A stretch of DNA of 64,000 nucleotides from Roseibacillus sp. (GCA_051251855.1 JBPOGI010000001.1:352001-416000), one strand, 5' to 3'; positions 40,413 to 50,433 are shown, counted from the stretch's first letter. Numbers and translations: made by a program. Notes: generated by a model from the letters alone, not told the origin.

Positions 40413-41114
40413 ATGGACGGCTTCTTTGCAGGCAGACAAGATGGTAGTGCTATGGAGAAACAATGCACTTGCCAGGACCTTCTAGAATTTCGCGTGACCT
40501 CCTCTAGCTTGTTTCAAACCTATTGCCTGGCCTTTCAATCGGTAACGGGATGGGCTTTGGATTTGGTGCTGGAGCGTCCTTCTCCAGAGGCGGGAGTGCT
40601 GACGATTCCTGTTCCGATGGGTCAAATCTTCCCGTTTTTCTTGGTTGCTTCCAGTCCGGTGGCAGGCGTGAAGCCCTCTTCATTGATTAAGGGGTTGCTC
40701 GAGGTCTTTGCGATTCAGCTAGGCGATGAAGTTAATCGAACTCTCATTTGTGATCAGGGAACCGAACCCGCACCAGTGAAGCGAGCGAAAGAGGTGATTA
40801 AATCCAATCTGTCTCGTAAATACTCTCTTGATGATTTGGCCGCTCAGGTTGGAATTTGTCCTTACTACCTCTGTCGACTCTTCAAGGCTCATACCGGCCT
40901 GACCCTGACGGAATATCATGGGCGCTTGCGAGTCGAGCGGGCGCGGCAGTTATTGATTAACCCTGCGTTATCGGTTGCAGAGGTCTCGGAACGGGTCGGT
41001 TTTCATTCCATCTCGCAATTCAATCGCGCCTTTCGAAAATACGCGGGAGATGCGCCACGTGAGTATCGTGACCGTTTGCGGCAACTTGAGAAGTGCGACT
41101 TTCAAATCGCGTGA
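40413..41114 (+). CDS. AraC-family regulator with reduced PocR-like N-terminus
   Basis: LFQTYCLAFQSVTG matches FFQSYCSIFQQTTG of 27303; HTH region CPYYLCRLFKAHTG...VGFHSISQFNRAFRK; start could be 40452. Confidence 0.9.
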   Translation: MDGFFAGRQDGSAMEKQCTCQDLLEFRVTSSSLFQTYCLAFQSVTGWALDLVLERPSPEAGVLTIPVPMGQIFPFFLVASSPVAGVKPSSLIKGLLEVFAIQLGDEVNRTLICDQGTEPAPVKRAKEVIKSNLSRKYSLDDLAAQVGICPYYLCRLFKAHTGLTLTEYHGRLRVERARQLLINPALSVAEVSERVGFHSISQFNRAFRKYAGDAPREYRDRLRQLEKCDFQIA

Positions 41115-41292
41115 AGGCGTGGCCTTCTAGTCATCCTAAAAAGGCAAAATAGGAGACCCTGCCAATTGGCCTATCGATTGTTAGAACCAAATTCTTATTG
41201 TTGAATTTTCCACAAGAAATAGTTATAGCTCTCGGTAACCCCGTAAAAAGTTTGGAGCTGTCTCTCAGGCTCTTCCAAGTGAAAGCATTGAA

Positions 41293-42708
41293 ATGAATCG
41301 TCGCCCTCCCAGAGTCCTGATTGTTGACGATGATGAGGAGATGATGATTCTTTTGCAGCAAGAGCTGGGGCAAGGGAACATTGAGGTTCAGGGTGTTTGC
41401 TCAGGAGCGGAGGCTCTCGCCTGGTTGGAGAAAGAAGAAGCGAGCTTGATCCTTCTCGACTTGAGCTTACCCGATATGACGGGACAAGAGTTGCTAACCT
41501 CTTTGCATAAACGAGGGCAAAAGGTTCCCTTTGTAGTGGTGAGCGAGATGGGTGATGTGCGCTTAACGGTAGAAATGATGCGCATTGGAGCTCTTGACTT
41601 CATTCTAAAGGATTCTCAGCTCACTGAATTGATTTTGCCAGTGGTGAAGCGGGTCTTTGCTGTTTTGGAGGCCCGTCGGAAGTTCGATGAAAGTGAGTTC
41701 CGCTTTCAGCAGATTAGCGATACCATTGATGATGTCTTTTGGATGATGAGTCCCAAGAACGACCGCTTCCTCTACGTGAGCCCCGCCTTTGAGCGTATCT
41801 GGGGCAAGTCGCGTCAGTCGCTCTACACCGATTCTTCCATCTGGTTGCAGGCGACAGTGGCGGAGGACCATTCCAAATACCTGCGGCATATGAGCTTTCT
41901 TCGTGGGGGATATGAGAAGGACTTTGATCTCGTCTATCGCATTCGAGACCGTCAGGGCGAAGTGTGCTGGATCCGCGACCGAGCCTTTGCAAAGCGGGAT
42001 GAGAGTGGGGAACTCCTTTATTTCATCGGAGTGGCGACCGACGTGACAGCACAGAAGGTGTTAGAGGGGCAAGCTCTTGAAGCGACCGAGGCTGAGCGAA
42101 TTCGTATTGGGCAGGATATTCATGATGACCTCTGCCAGCGTCTTGCCGCTCTCAAGATGAAGTGCGGGATGATGCAAAACTCGTTTCAAGGATTGACTGG
42201 TGAGCAGCAGGCAATGATGGCATCAGCTTTGATAGAGCTACAAGATGCCACCGATCTAGCGCGAGGAATTTCCAAAGGGCTAGCCCCGGTGGCTCTTGAG
42301 GCTGAGGGCTTGATGGCCGCGTTGGAAGAGCTAGCGCAAGGGACAGCGCAACGGTACTCTGTCGATAGCGCCTTTCGTTGCCCCCGGCCTGTAGAAATCG
42401 ATGATGCTACGGTGGCGACACATCTTTTCCGAATCGCGCAGGAGCTTATCACCAATGCCGCCAAGCACGCTAAGCCGACTCGGGTGGATATCGGTCTTTT
42501 CCATGCGGCAGGTGGTATTCGGTTGGAAGTCGAGAATGATGGCAGGCCTTTCCAAGGTCCAGTGGGATTTTCCGATGGGATGGGACTTCATTTTGTGCAG
42601 TTCCGGGCAGATTCGTTGGGTGCTAGTTTGGTATTTAGTCCAGGAGAACTACCCGATGGAGGCACGCGGGTGATTTGCACCGTGCCGCTCAAAGAAGAAC
42701 GAGAGTAA
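41293..42708 (+). CDS. Cytoplasmic hybrid sensor kinase REC-PAS-HisKA_3-HATPase
   Basis: VLIVDD, LLDLSLPD; YVSPAFERIWG (PAS); ERIRIGQDIHDDLCQ; FRIAQELITNAAKHA; no TM segment seen. Confidence 0.93.
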   Translation: MNRRPPRVLIVDDDEEMMILLQQELGQGNIEVQGVCSGAEALAWLEKEEASLILLDLSLPDMTGQELLTSLHKRGQKVPFVVVSEMGDVRLTVEMMRIGALDFILKDSQLTELILPVVKRVFAVLEARRKFDESEFRFQQISDTIDDVFWMMSPKNDRFLYVSPAFERIWGKSRQSLYTDSSIWLQATVAEDHSKYLRHMSFLRGGYEKDFDLVYRIRDRQGEVCWIRDRAFAKRDESGELLYFIGVATDVTAQKVLEGQALEATEAERIRIGQDIHDDLCQRLAALKMKCGMMQNSFQGLTGEQQAMMASALIELQDATDLARGISKGLAPVALEAEGLMAALEELAQGTAQRYSVDSAFRCPRPVEIDDATVATHLFRIAQELITNAAKHAKPTRVDIGLFHAAGGIRLEVENDGRPFQGPVGFSDGMGLHFVQFRADSLGASLVFSPGELPDGGTRVICTVPLKEERE

Positions 42709-42709
42709 A

Positions 42710-43384
42710 ATGACTGAATCTACTAAAGGGACCGTCGTGACGGTGGCGATTGTTGATGACCATCCCATGATGCGGGAAGGACTTTGCGGGCTCGTCGGCT
42801 CCATTGAAGGCTTCCATTGTTGTTGGGCTGCAGGCGATGCGAAAGAAACTATGACTGCTCTAGAGGGGGAGATTCCCAACTTGCTGATTGTGGACATGAG
42901 TCTGCCGGGAAGAAATGGATTGGAGCTGACCAAGGACATCCTCGCCCTCTATCCTAGTCTTCATATCTTAATGGTGTCCATGCATGACGAGACTCTCTAC
43001 GCGCAGAGAATTCTGCGGGCGGGTGCCAAGGGCTACATTATGAAGGATGCCCCGACCGAGCAGCTGATCGATGCGATTCAGAAAGTAGCTGTTGGGTCCA
43101 TGTGGGTCAGTGCCGCGATGTCGACCAAGATTATCGAGGCTTTTTCGGGGCAGCCGGGAGCGGACAAGGTGGAGGGGGTGCATCGACTCACTGATCGTGA
43201 GTTCGAGGTCTTTCAGTTGATCGGAGAGGGAAAGTCCAAGGCCGCTATTGCGGAGGCTCTCAATATCAGTCCTAAGACTGCCGATGTTCACAAGGCCCAC
43301 ATCCGAGAGAAGCTTGAGTTAGAGGATGCTGCCTCCGTTCTTCGCTATGCTGTGCGCTGGGTCGAGATGCGGAATCTTTCGTAA
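42710..43384 (+). CDS. NarL/LuxR-family response regulator
   Basis: IVDDHPMMREG, VDMSLPG, GAKGYIMK, LTDREFEV..IAEALNISPKT. Confidence 0.95.
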   Translation: MTESTKGTVVTVAIVDDHPMMREGLCGLVGSIEGFHCCWAAGDAKETMTALEGEIPNLLIVDMSLPGRNGLELTKDILALYPSLHILMVSMHDETLYAQRILRAGAKGYIMKDAPTEQLIDAIQKVAVGSMWVSAAMSTKIIEAFSGQPGADKVEGVHRLTDREFEVFQLIGEGKSKAAIAEALNISPKTADVHKAHIREKLELEDAASVLRYAVRWVEMRNLS

Positions 43385-43425
43385 GAGGCTAGAAGTGGCC
43401 TAATGTTCATTACCCTTCGTTGGGA

Positions 43426-43755
43426 TTACGAGTGAAGTGTTTGCTCACGGAGTTTGCGAAGCTCCTGGTCCTTTATCTCCAGCTCGTCCATGAGATGGGC
43501 GATATGGCGGAGCAAACGGAGACTCGCTCTCCCCTCGTTGTGAAGCACGGCCAGATGTCGGAGCCTGAGCAAGCCCTTGGCATCGAAAATCATGTCTCCG
43601 CTGGCATCGGAATAAGCCCTCACGAAGTGTCCTCGTGCAAATTCCTCCACCAAATCGGGATGCAGTTCACAGCAATCGGCGGCTTCTTGGAGAGTGATCG
43701 TGGTTTGGGAACCTTTGTCGTGATTCCAAACCGTAATTTCTGTCGAAGAGTTCAT
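43426..43755 (-). CDS. cbpM: Chaperone modulator CbpM-like (MerR-type)
   Basis: ITLQEAA..C.LH..LV, LRLRHL; directly downstream of the cbpA-like gene. Confidence 0.75.
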   Translation of the reverse strand: MNSSTEITVWNHDKGSQTTITLQEAADCCELHPDLVEEFARGHFVRAYSDASGDMIFDAKGLLRLRHLAVLHNEGRASLRLLRHIAHLMDELEIKDQELRKLREQTLHS

Positions 43756-43778
43756 GGCATTGTGCGTTTGGTTTGTTT

Positions 43779-44744
43779 TTAAAGGGAGGGGCGAGGAAAG
43801 AAGTTGGAAGCGGAAGCGAGAGCCTGCCAGGATTCCTTTTCGGCTGAGGAAATGGTTTCTGGAACGACGATTTTGATTCGGGCGTATAGGTCTCCGCGTT
43901 TGGCTTCGACGCCAGTGGAAAGACCCTTCCCTTTGACTCGAAGTTCGGTGTCAGCGGTGGAACCTTCGGGCACTCGAATTTGAATTGGGCCATCCAAGCC
44001 GGCGAGCGATACGGTGGTTCCGAGCACTGCTTCCCAAGGTGTGAGGAGGAGTTCTTGCTCAAGATCGCATCCCTTGACCTGAAAATATGGGTGCTTCTCG
44101 AGCCGAGCATGAAGAAAAAGATCGCCTGAGGCTCCGCCATGGAAGCCCGGCTCGCCATAGCCAGCACAGCGTATCAGCTGACCCTCGCCGATTCCTTTTG
44201 GAATTCGGATTTTCGGTGTTTTGATGGTCCGCTCACCGGTGGCTTGGTCAACCTGCACGAGCTGAAGAGTTCTCTCTGCTCCGAGGTGAGCTTCCTTCAG
44301 AGAGAGCAGAATGTCAGCATGAACATCGCGTCCTCTCCTTCCAGTTCCAGAGGTGCCGGAGGAGCGGGAACGAAATTGTTCGAAGCCGTTGGCCCCAGCA
44401 CCAGGATGTCCTTGGGCTCCGAACATTTGCTCGAAGAAATCACTGAAGCCGGTGCCTGAAAATTGCTGTTCAAAGCCTTCTTCCGAGGTTGCACCGGGTC
44501 TTCCTGTTGGGGTGCCTGACTCTTGCCAGTTGGGTCCCAGCTCATCGTATTTCTTTCGTTTTTCAGGTGAGCCGAGAACTTCGTAAGCCTCATTGATTTC
44601 TTTGAATTTTTCTTCTGCAACCTCGGGGTTCTCGGCCACATCAGGGTGATACTTGCGGGCCAGCTTACGAAATGCCTTTTTGATTTCGTCCTGTTTGGCG
44701 GTCTTCTCGACCCCAAGAATCTGATAGTAGTCGCGGTAATTCAT
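43779..44744 (-). CDS. cbpA: DnaJ class B co-chaperone (CbpA-like)
   Basis: [26 protein letters not shown]; no Zn finger. Confidence 0.9.
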   Translation of the reverse strand: MNYRDYYQILGVEKTAKQDEIKKAFRKLARKYHPDVAENPEVAEEKFKEINEAYEVLGSPEKRKKYDELGPNWQESGTPTGRPGATSEEGFEQQFSGTGFSDFFEQMFGAQGHPGAGANGFEQFRSRSSGTSGTGRRGRDVHADILLSLKEAHLGAERTLQLVQVDQATGERTIKTPKIRIPKGIGEGQLIRCAGYGEPGFHGGASGDLFLHARLEKHPYFQVKGCDLEQELLLTPWEAVLGTTVSLAGLDGPIQIRVPEGSTADTELRVKGKGLSTGVEAKRGDLYARIKIVVPETISSAEKESWQALASASNFFPRPSL

Positions 44745-44750
44745 CAGCGA

Positions 44751-45098
44751 TTATTGACCTTGCTCATGTTTGGTCTGGCAAGAGAGACAGAGCGAGACCG
44801 AGGGCTTGGCCTGTAGGCGAGCAAGGGGGATTTCCTCCTGACAATTCGAGCAGGCGCCATAGCTTCCATCCTCGATACGTGCGAGAGCGAGTTTGATTTT
44901 AGCAATCAGCTTGATCTCGCTGCCTTTGACCCGTTCAAGAACTTCAATACTAGAATCCGTAGCTTGATCGACTCGGTCACCCAGATCTTTTCTGGAGGCT
45001 TCCGTTTCTTGTTCGTCGAAATCCTGCAACAGGCGCTCCTGCTCTATCAGTTGTTCTTCCAGCTCGTTTTTGAGTTTCTTGATTTCAGAGGCCGTCAT
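44751..45098 (-). CDS. TraR/DksA-family C4 zinc-finger protein
   Basis: DRVDQA coiled-coil tip; ALARIEDGSYGACSNC..IPLARL...CLSC. Confidence 0.9.
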   Translation of the reverse strand: MTASEIKKLKNELEEQLIEQERLLQDFDEQETEASRKDLGDRVDQATDSSIEVLERVKGSEIKLIAKIKLALARIEDGSYGACSNCQEEIPLARLQAKPSVSLCLSCQTKHEQGQ

Positions 45099-45135
45099 AT
45101 CGTTTGAGAGTAGTCTTTTTCTCATCTTCAGCAAC

Positions 45136-45167
45136 GCGTGCATTGCTCGATGCAAAGCGGGAATTGT
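45136..45167 (-). promoter_or_regulatory. 21-bp-period direct-repeat site (perfect)
   Basis: ACAA-TTCC-CGC-N10-GCAA-TGCA-CGC; TACTCT 23 nt downstream. Confidence 0.85.
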
Positions 45168-45175
45168 CGTGGATG

Positions 45176-45505
45176 CTACCGGTCGGTGAAGACATCGAGG
45201 TAAGTCTGGAGGGAGTTTTCTTCTTTAGCGGAAAGGTCGGCCAAGTGCGCCATGGATGCGATTTTAGCGTGGTATTCGGGAAGCGTCGTTGTGGAAGGGA
45301 GTTGGTGTTCATGGCATTGGGCACAGTGCTGCCGATAGATTTGGTAGCCTTGCTTCAATTCCACGTAAGACTTGCCACTGACTTTAGCCATTTTGGGTGA
45401 AGGAACAGGGGTTGCTATCTCTTGCTCAGCGGAGATGCGCTGGTGTTGGGAGCATGAAGCGAGGAGAAACCCGAGAGAGAAAAAAGAGACGATGGGTGAT
45501 TTCAT
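45176..45505 (-). CDS. Small monoheme cytochrome c lipoprotein
   Basis: LLASC lipobox, CAQCH, downstream Met; ATGA overlap with the USP stop. Confidence 0.8.
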   Translation of the reverse strand: MKSPIVSFFSLGFLLASCSQHQRISAEQEIATPVPSPKMAKVSGKSYVELKQGYQIYRQHCAQCHEHQLPSTTTLPEYHAKIASMAHLADLSAKEENSLQTYLDVFTDR

Positions 45506-46392
45506 TTGGTGGGGTCGGGTTTGACGGTGAGGACGGAACTGGGGCACTTATGGACGATTTTTTCCGCTGTGGTTCCAAGTAGAATGCTTTTAATTCCGGT
45601 GCGACCTCGAGTGCCTAAGATGGTGAGGTCTGCGTTCATCTGAGTGACGTAGTCGATGATTTCTTTGTCGCTGGAACCACCGTCTCTGACAGCGGTCGTA
45701 ATCTGAAGGTTGGGATGGTCTTGCAAGAGGCCGTTTGCGGCTGCGGCCACTTTTTTTTGCAATCGTTCCTGCCGTTCGACGAAGAAGGTGTCGGGGAGGG
45801 ACGGCATGTCGTAGGTCCAGTTGTAGGGATAGGGTTCCGTGAGCTGAACGTGGAGAATATGGAGGTGAGACTGATGGGCGAGAGCAACTTCGGTAGCGTA
45901 TGCCAGAGCCTTGTCCGAGGTCGGAGAGAAGTCGTGGCAGGCGACGATAGTTTTGAAGGGAACTCGCTCCTTTTCTCTGACGAGAAGGACCGGGAGAGCG
46001 CTTTTCCTCACAAAGCGAGTCGCGATTGTTCCCGTGCGGTCTTTGTTGCCACTATTTCCGTAGCAGCCAAGGACGAGGAGGTCGCAGTGCAGGGACTTGG
46101 TCGCATTCTCCAATTCTTCAAACGGGTGCCCGATGAAGATATGGAAATGAAACGGGGGAGGAAAGTCAAAGGATTCAAGAGCTAGCTTTTGAAGACTTTT
46201 CTCAGCCTGAGCTTTGAGGCTGTCGAAGGTAAGGTATTTCTCATCGATCGCATTTTCGAAAAATTCAATATCGATAACGTGCACGAGGTGAAGCTCTGAT
46301 TTTCGGAGGTTAGCAATATAGCCCGCCTCCTTGAGAGCTGCTTGCGAGGCTTCCGAGAAGTCGATTCCAACAATGATATCTGAGGTGCTCAT
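45502..46392 (-). CDS. Universal stress protein (two USP domains)
   Basis: IIVGIDFSE, IVACHDFS, LGTRGRTG..LLGTTAEKIV. Confidence 0.93.
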   Translation of the reverse strand: MSTSDIIVGIDFSEASQAALKEAGYIANLRKSELHLVHVIDIEFFENAIDEKYLTFDSLKAQAEKSLQKLALESFDFPPPFHFHIFIGHPFEELENATKSLHCDLLVLGCYGNSGNKDRTGTIATRFVRKSALPVLLVREKERVPFKTIVACHDFSPTSDKALAYATEVALAHQSHLHILHVQLTEPYPYNWTYDMPSLPDTFFVERQERLQKKVAAAANGLLQDHPNLQITTAVRDGGSSDKEIIDYVTQMNADLTILGTRGRTGIKSILLGTTAEKIVHKCPSSVLTVKPDPTK

Positions 46393-46431
46393 GACTTTAT
46401 CAACCTGAGCCTTGGGACGGAAAAGAACTCG

Positions 46432-46463
46432 GCACTCCTTGCTCTTTTCTAGTTCGGTATTGA
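46432..46463 (-). promoter_or_regulatory. 21-bp-period direct-repeat site (first half degenerate)
   Basis: TCAA-TACC-GAA-N10-GCAA-GGAG-TGC; ~40 nt from ATG 46392. Confidence 0.65.
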
Positions 46464-46512
46464 TACGAATTGAGAAGGACGACTATCCTACCTAAGGGGC
46501 GCATAGACAGGA

Positions 46513-47196
46513 TTAGTCTGGCACGTTACCGTCTGTCTCCTTGCGTTCTTGGCGCTCTGCGTCCGTTAAATCATAGCCAAACATGCCGGCGGCGAGGGCT
46601 TCCCAGACGAAGGCCGAGGCTTTCTGGATCTTTCTCCCAATCACAGGTAGCTCATCCTTGGACGTCTCACCGAGTTCTCTCAGTTCTTGGGAGAATTCCT
46701 TAGCTAGTTTTTTGGTCTTCTCTCGCTCGCGAACGAGGGCTTCTCCGGTATAGTGCTTACCCAGTTTGAAGTGAATGTGGAGGTTCTCCATTTTGCCCTC
46801 AAGTTTCCGGATCTTTGCCACAAAGTCCTTGTAGCGGAGGATTCCCTCATGGTCTTCAGCTGATTCGATCCGCTGCATGGTGGTGTCCATGGCAGTGAGA
46901 GAATTTAGAATACCTTCTTTTTGTTCTCGGAAGGCGTCCTCGGTTTCCATGCGCGCTAGCGTGAGTTGTAGCTCGAGGTCATCGAGTTGCTGTTTGAGTG
47001 CGTGCCATTCAATCCCAAGGGTATCATTGAGTCCATGTGCCTGCTCGAGAAATCCTTGAGAGGCCTTCTTCAGTTCCTGACAGTGTTCCTCAAATTGGTG
47101 GATAGCTTCGTTGGTATCGAGAGCCATTTCACTTTCGAGTTCCTCTAGCTTGGAGGCAAGTTGCTCGATTGTGTTGGTAGTCTGATTTGTGGTCAT
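46513..47196 (-). CDS. Helical coiled-coil protein, copy A
   Basis: 227 aa, colinear with 53218..53901. Confidence 0.85.
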   Translation of the reverse strand: MTTNQTTNTIEQLASKLEELESEMALDTNEAIHQFEEHCQELKKASQGFLEQAHGLNDTLGIEWHALKQQLDDLELQLTLARMETEDAFREQKEGILNSLTAMDTTMQRIESAEDHEGILRYKDFVAKIRKLEGKMENLHIHFKLGKHYTGEALVREREKTKKLAKEFSQELRELGETSKDELPVIGRKIQKASAFVWEALAAGMFGYDLTDAERQERKETDGNVPD

Positions 47197-47217
47197 TTTA
47201 TTGTTCTTAGTATGTGC

Positions 47218-47305
47218 CTAGAAGAGAAGGTTGAGAACCGCCATGAGCGCTCGTCCCGCGAGGAGGTTCGTGAAGCCTGCTGAGAATCCAAAAGAAGGCA
47301 CTCAC
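47218..47305 (-). pseudogene. ZIP transporter remnant with ~650-bp internal deletion
   Basis: Start MSAFFWILS is joined out of frame to the end LLAGRALMAVLNLLF*. Confidence 0.8.
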
Positions 47306-47314
47306 AACACGGGA

Positions 47315-47847
47315 TTAAGCCTCACTAGAGGAATGATTTTTGAGGAAGCGATGGCTGAGGAAAGTAGCGATGATGAGGAGGGCGATCCATACAGGGGCTG
47401 GCACTGGGGTAGCTTCATCGAGGCGGATTTTTCCCAGGACGCCCACGGACAGGATATGCTCATTGACCCATCCGTAGGAGAGCGCGTAGAGAATTCCTCC
47501 TACGAGCATGCCCACCATTCCGATCAAGGCGTGGACACTTCCAATCGCTGCTGCAGCGATTCCGGTGCCGGGGCAATATCCATAGATCACCATGCCAGCT
47601 CCAAAGAGGAGCCCTCCCAAAGAGACTCCGAGGACGAGGGTGTCCTTGATATGGTATCCCGCAATCCAGTCCAGGCGGGCAAAGAGATAAACGCCGATGC
47701 TCCCCACTGTGATGGCGGTGAGCATGACCTTGGGGACGGTCATGTCCCTGAAGCGGAAGAAGTTGACGATGACATTGTAGTCGGTGACTCGACCCTTGTT
47801 CAGCAGGCTGCCAAAGAGAGTGCCGAAGATTGCGGCGAGAATGAGTC
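47315..47847 (-). pseudogene. 5'-truncated YeeE/YedE copy
   Basis: Near-identical to 54668..55200 but lacks the first ~11 codons. Confidence 0.8.
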
Positions 47848-48079
47848 AATCTGGAGCGATAAGCATGCCAGTAAAACAGGGGGACGGCTGAAGAATCATG
47901 TTCTCCCATATTTGGGGAAACGACAGATAGCAGATATTGAGCCGATGGAAGTATTAGTTATAATCCAAAAAATAGAGGCCAAGGGGATGACGTATATGAG
48001 TCGGAGGGTCTTGCCGCTTTGCCAATCGGTTTTTCGATTTGGAAAAATTACAGGGCATCTGAAACGTAAATCACAGTGA
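47848..48079 (+). mobile_element. Fragment of a P4-type tyrosine integrase (central core-binding domain)
   Basis: WSDKHA..RLKNHVLPYLGKRQIADIEPMEVL..IEAKG..SRRVL..VFRFG.ITG; visibly more AT-rich; no start, no catalytic domain. Confidence 0.75.
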
Positions 48080-48268
48080 ACTCGGATAGCACGCACTGGG
48101 AGTAGTTTTAAAATGGATTCTGCGGGTCAGTGTTCATCGCCTGCCGAGTGTCTTTCCTTTAAGTGTCTTCAACGCGATGCTTTTCTTGAATTTAGTGGTT
48201 GAGATGAAAGAGAGTCTGTTGAGAGGGGGCTTGCTTGGTTGCGTTCTTGATAGGAAGCTTTGCAAGCT

Positions 48269-48904
48269 ATGAGAGGTCTTCCTAAATTGGTTGTCGCGAT
48301 TTGGATGGGTTTGATCGTCTCGATTGCAGGTTCGTTGTATGTGGGGAGCTGGGATACGGTACTGGTTTCCTCCCTCACTCTGATTCTCACGATTCTGCCC
48401 ATCGCGTTTGCAAATCGCTTTGAGGTGAAATTGCCGACACGCTTTGCGGTTGCGATCATCGTGTTCGTTTTTGCGACGATGTTCCTTGGTGAAGTCGAGG
48501 GTTTCTATGAACGTTTTTGGTGGTGGGATGTGCTTTTGCACGGTGGTTCGGCCGTGGCGCTTGGGCTTTTTGGATTCCTCTGCATCTTTATGTTGTTTGA
48601 AGGGGATCGTTTCGCGGCTCCGCCAATTGCTCTTGCGATTCTGAGCTTCTGTTTTGCGGTTGCAGTTGGTGCGGTTTGGGAAATCTTTGAGTTCACGATG
48701 GATCGGTATTTTGGATCGAACATGCAGAAGTCCGGGCTCGTGGATACGATGTGGGATCTCGTTGTTGATTGCGCTGGCGGGTTGATCGGTTCGCTCAGTG
48801 GTTACCTCTATTTACTCAAGCGCCGAGGCTATGGTGTTTTTGCGGGATGGTTCGATGCCTTTATCGAGCGCAACAAATCGCACTTTAAGAAGTTCCAACG
48901 CTGA
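48269..48904 (+). CDS. Membrane protein, DUF2238-like
   Basis: FYERFWWWDVLLH, GAVWEIFEF, DTMWDL. Confidence 0.75.
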   Translation: MRGLPKLVVAIWMGLIVSIAGSLYVGSWDTVLVSSLTLILTILPIAFANRFEVKLPTRFAVAIIVFVFATMFLGEVEGFYERFWWWDVLLHGGSAVALGLFGFLCIFMLFEGDRFAAPPIALAILSFCFAVAVGAVWEIFEFTMDRYFGSNMQKSGLVDTMWDLVVDCAGGLIGSLSGYLYLLKRRGYGVFAGWFDAFIERNKSHFKKFQR

Positions 48905-48920
48905 ACCGTTGTCTCTTGCT

Positions 48921-50225
48921 TTATTTGCCTTCTCCGACTGTGCGGCCAAAGAATTTATTTAGAATGATCTCGGTCACTACGGCTGCTAGAAGGAAGAGAC
49001 CAAGGGAGATCAAGATGTCCTTGGACTCGCGGCTCACGTAGATGATGGCGAGAATCATTGCGCCGAGACTGACAAGGGCGGCAAGTAAGACTACGAAATA
49101 GGAAGCCCCAGTTTCTTTGATCCTTCGGAGGTGTCCGATGTGGGTGACGCCATGAACGAGGAGCACAGAAATGGAGCCAATGGCGGCAATTTGGGAGAGA
49201 TCGAAAAAGAGGTCCAATAAGATGATGATAATGCCACTGATGACGAGGCCCTCACGGCTATGGCCGAGGGGCTTGCCGAAGGCTTGGGGGAGTTCTCCGT
49301 TCTTGGCCAACTCATAAGTGACGTTGGTCACTGCGTAGAGGTTGGCATTGATGGAGGAAGCGGTTGAGATAAGTGCGGTGATAGCTACGATTGTGAAGCC
49401 AATGCTTCCAAAAATAGGCTTGGCTGCTTCGGCAAGGGCGTATTCCTTTGCCGCAATAACTTCAGGAGTGGTGAGATGTCCAAAGACGGCGAAAGAAATT
49501 GCGATGTAGAGGCCCATCACGAGAAGGATCGCGGTCATGATGGCCCGAGGTAGAGTTCGCTCAGGGTCGGGCATGTCTTCGACACTATTGGTGATGACCC
49601 GGAATCCTTCAAAAGCGAAGAAGGTGATTGCGAGGCTGAAGAGAATATTCCCGGTGGGCGGGAAGCCAGAAGGAGAGAGTAGTTCAGGTTTTAAAGTGAC
49701 GATTCCAACAATCGCGAGTGCTACGAGAACGATGAACTTGATTGCGACAGTGAGCTTTTCCCAAAACGCGACATCTTTTGCTCCTCGTAGATTGATCAGA
49801 ACGAAGAGGACGATCACTCCCACGGAAAAAATGTGATGCCAGTAGTCTGGTGCTGATCCGGGAAGGAAGGTGGCGGCGTAGTTGCCAAAGGTTTTTGAAA
49901 CAAGTGAGATTGAGACGACGGCAGCGATGTAGAGTACGATACTCATGGAGCCAGTGAACAATCCTGGACCAAATCCTCGCACCAAATATTCCACGATCCC
50001 GCCGGCTGATTGGTAGCGCGCTCCAAGTTTTCCAAGGGAGTATCCACTGAAGAGGGCAATGACTCCACCGATGATAAAGGAGATGTAAACAGCGCTTCCT
50101 GCAATGGCTCCAGCTTCACCGAGGAGGGCGAAGATTCCCGCGCCGATCATCGCCCCGATACCGAGTGAGACTGCTGCCCAGAAAGTCATGGGCCTTTCAT
50201 TGGAGTGGGGCTTTTGCTTTTTCAT
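48921..50225 (-). CDS. APC-family amino acid permease
   Basis: GIGAMIGAGIF, SAGG, FFAFEGF, many TM segments; start uncertain. Confidence 0.92.
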   Translation of the reverse strand: MKKQKPHSNERPMTFWAAVSLGIGAMIGAGIFALLGEAGAIAGSAVYISFIIGGVIALFSGYSLGKLGARYQSAGGIVEYLVRGFGPGLFTGSMSIVLYIAAVVSISLVSKTFGNYAATFLPGSAPDYWHHIFSVGVIVLFVLINLRGAKDVAFWEKLTVAIKFIVLVALAIVGIVTLKPELLSPSGFPPTGNILFSLAITFFAFEGFRVITNSVEDMPDPERTLPRAIMTAILLVMGLYIAISFAVFGHLTTPEVIAAKEYALAEAAKPIFGSIGFTIVAITALISTASSINANLYAVTNVTYELAKNGELPQAFGKPLGHSREGLVISGIIIILLDLFFDLSQIAAIGSISVLLVHGVTHIGHLRRIKETGASYFVVLLAALVSLGAMILAIIYVSRESKDILISLGLFLLAAVVTEIILNKFFGRTVGEGK

Positions 50226-50401
50226 TTGCGATGAGGTAATAGGGCGAAGTCCGAACTGACAAGTCCCGGAGGGTGAGAATACCCTGTGGTCGCTATCCGT
50301 GCAATTGCCGGGAGAGACAGGTGTCGATGTGCCTAAGATGGCGTTCAATAGCTGTGGACAATCGGTCGATTTCTAGGGATTCCATGGGATTCTGGCTAAT
50401 G

Positions 50402-50433
50402 CCAATTGGCGCATAAGTTCAGGCAAAAAACGC
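50402..50433 (+). promoter_or_regulatory. 21-bp-period direct-repeat site (perfect)
   Basis: CCAA-TTGG-CGC-N10-GCAA-AAAA-CGC; CAGTCT 24 nt downstream. Confidence 0.85.

Larger units (their letters stand above)
46513..47847 (-). repeat. Partial direct duplicate of 53218..55200
   Basis: Same order YeeE - ZIP - coiled-coil gene; offset 7353 across the YeeE part. Confidence 0.92.

Noticed and set aside
47231..48079. 282-aa plus-strand ORF as a real gene
   Set aside because: Antisense of the YeeE copy running into an integrase fragment
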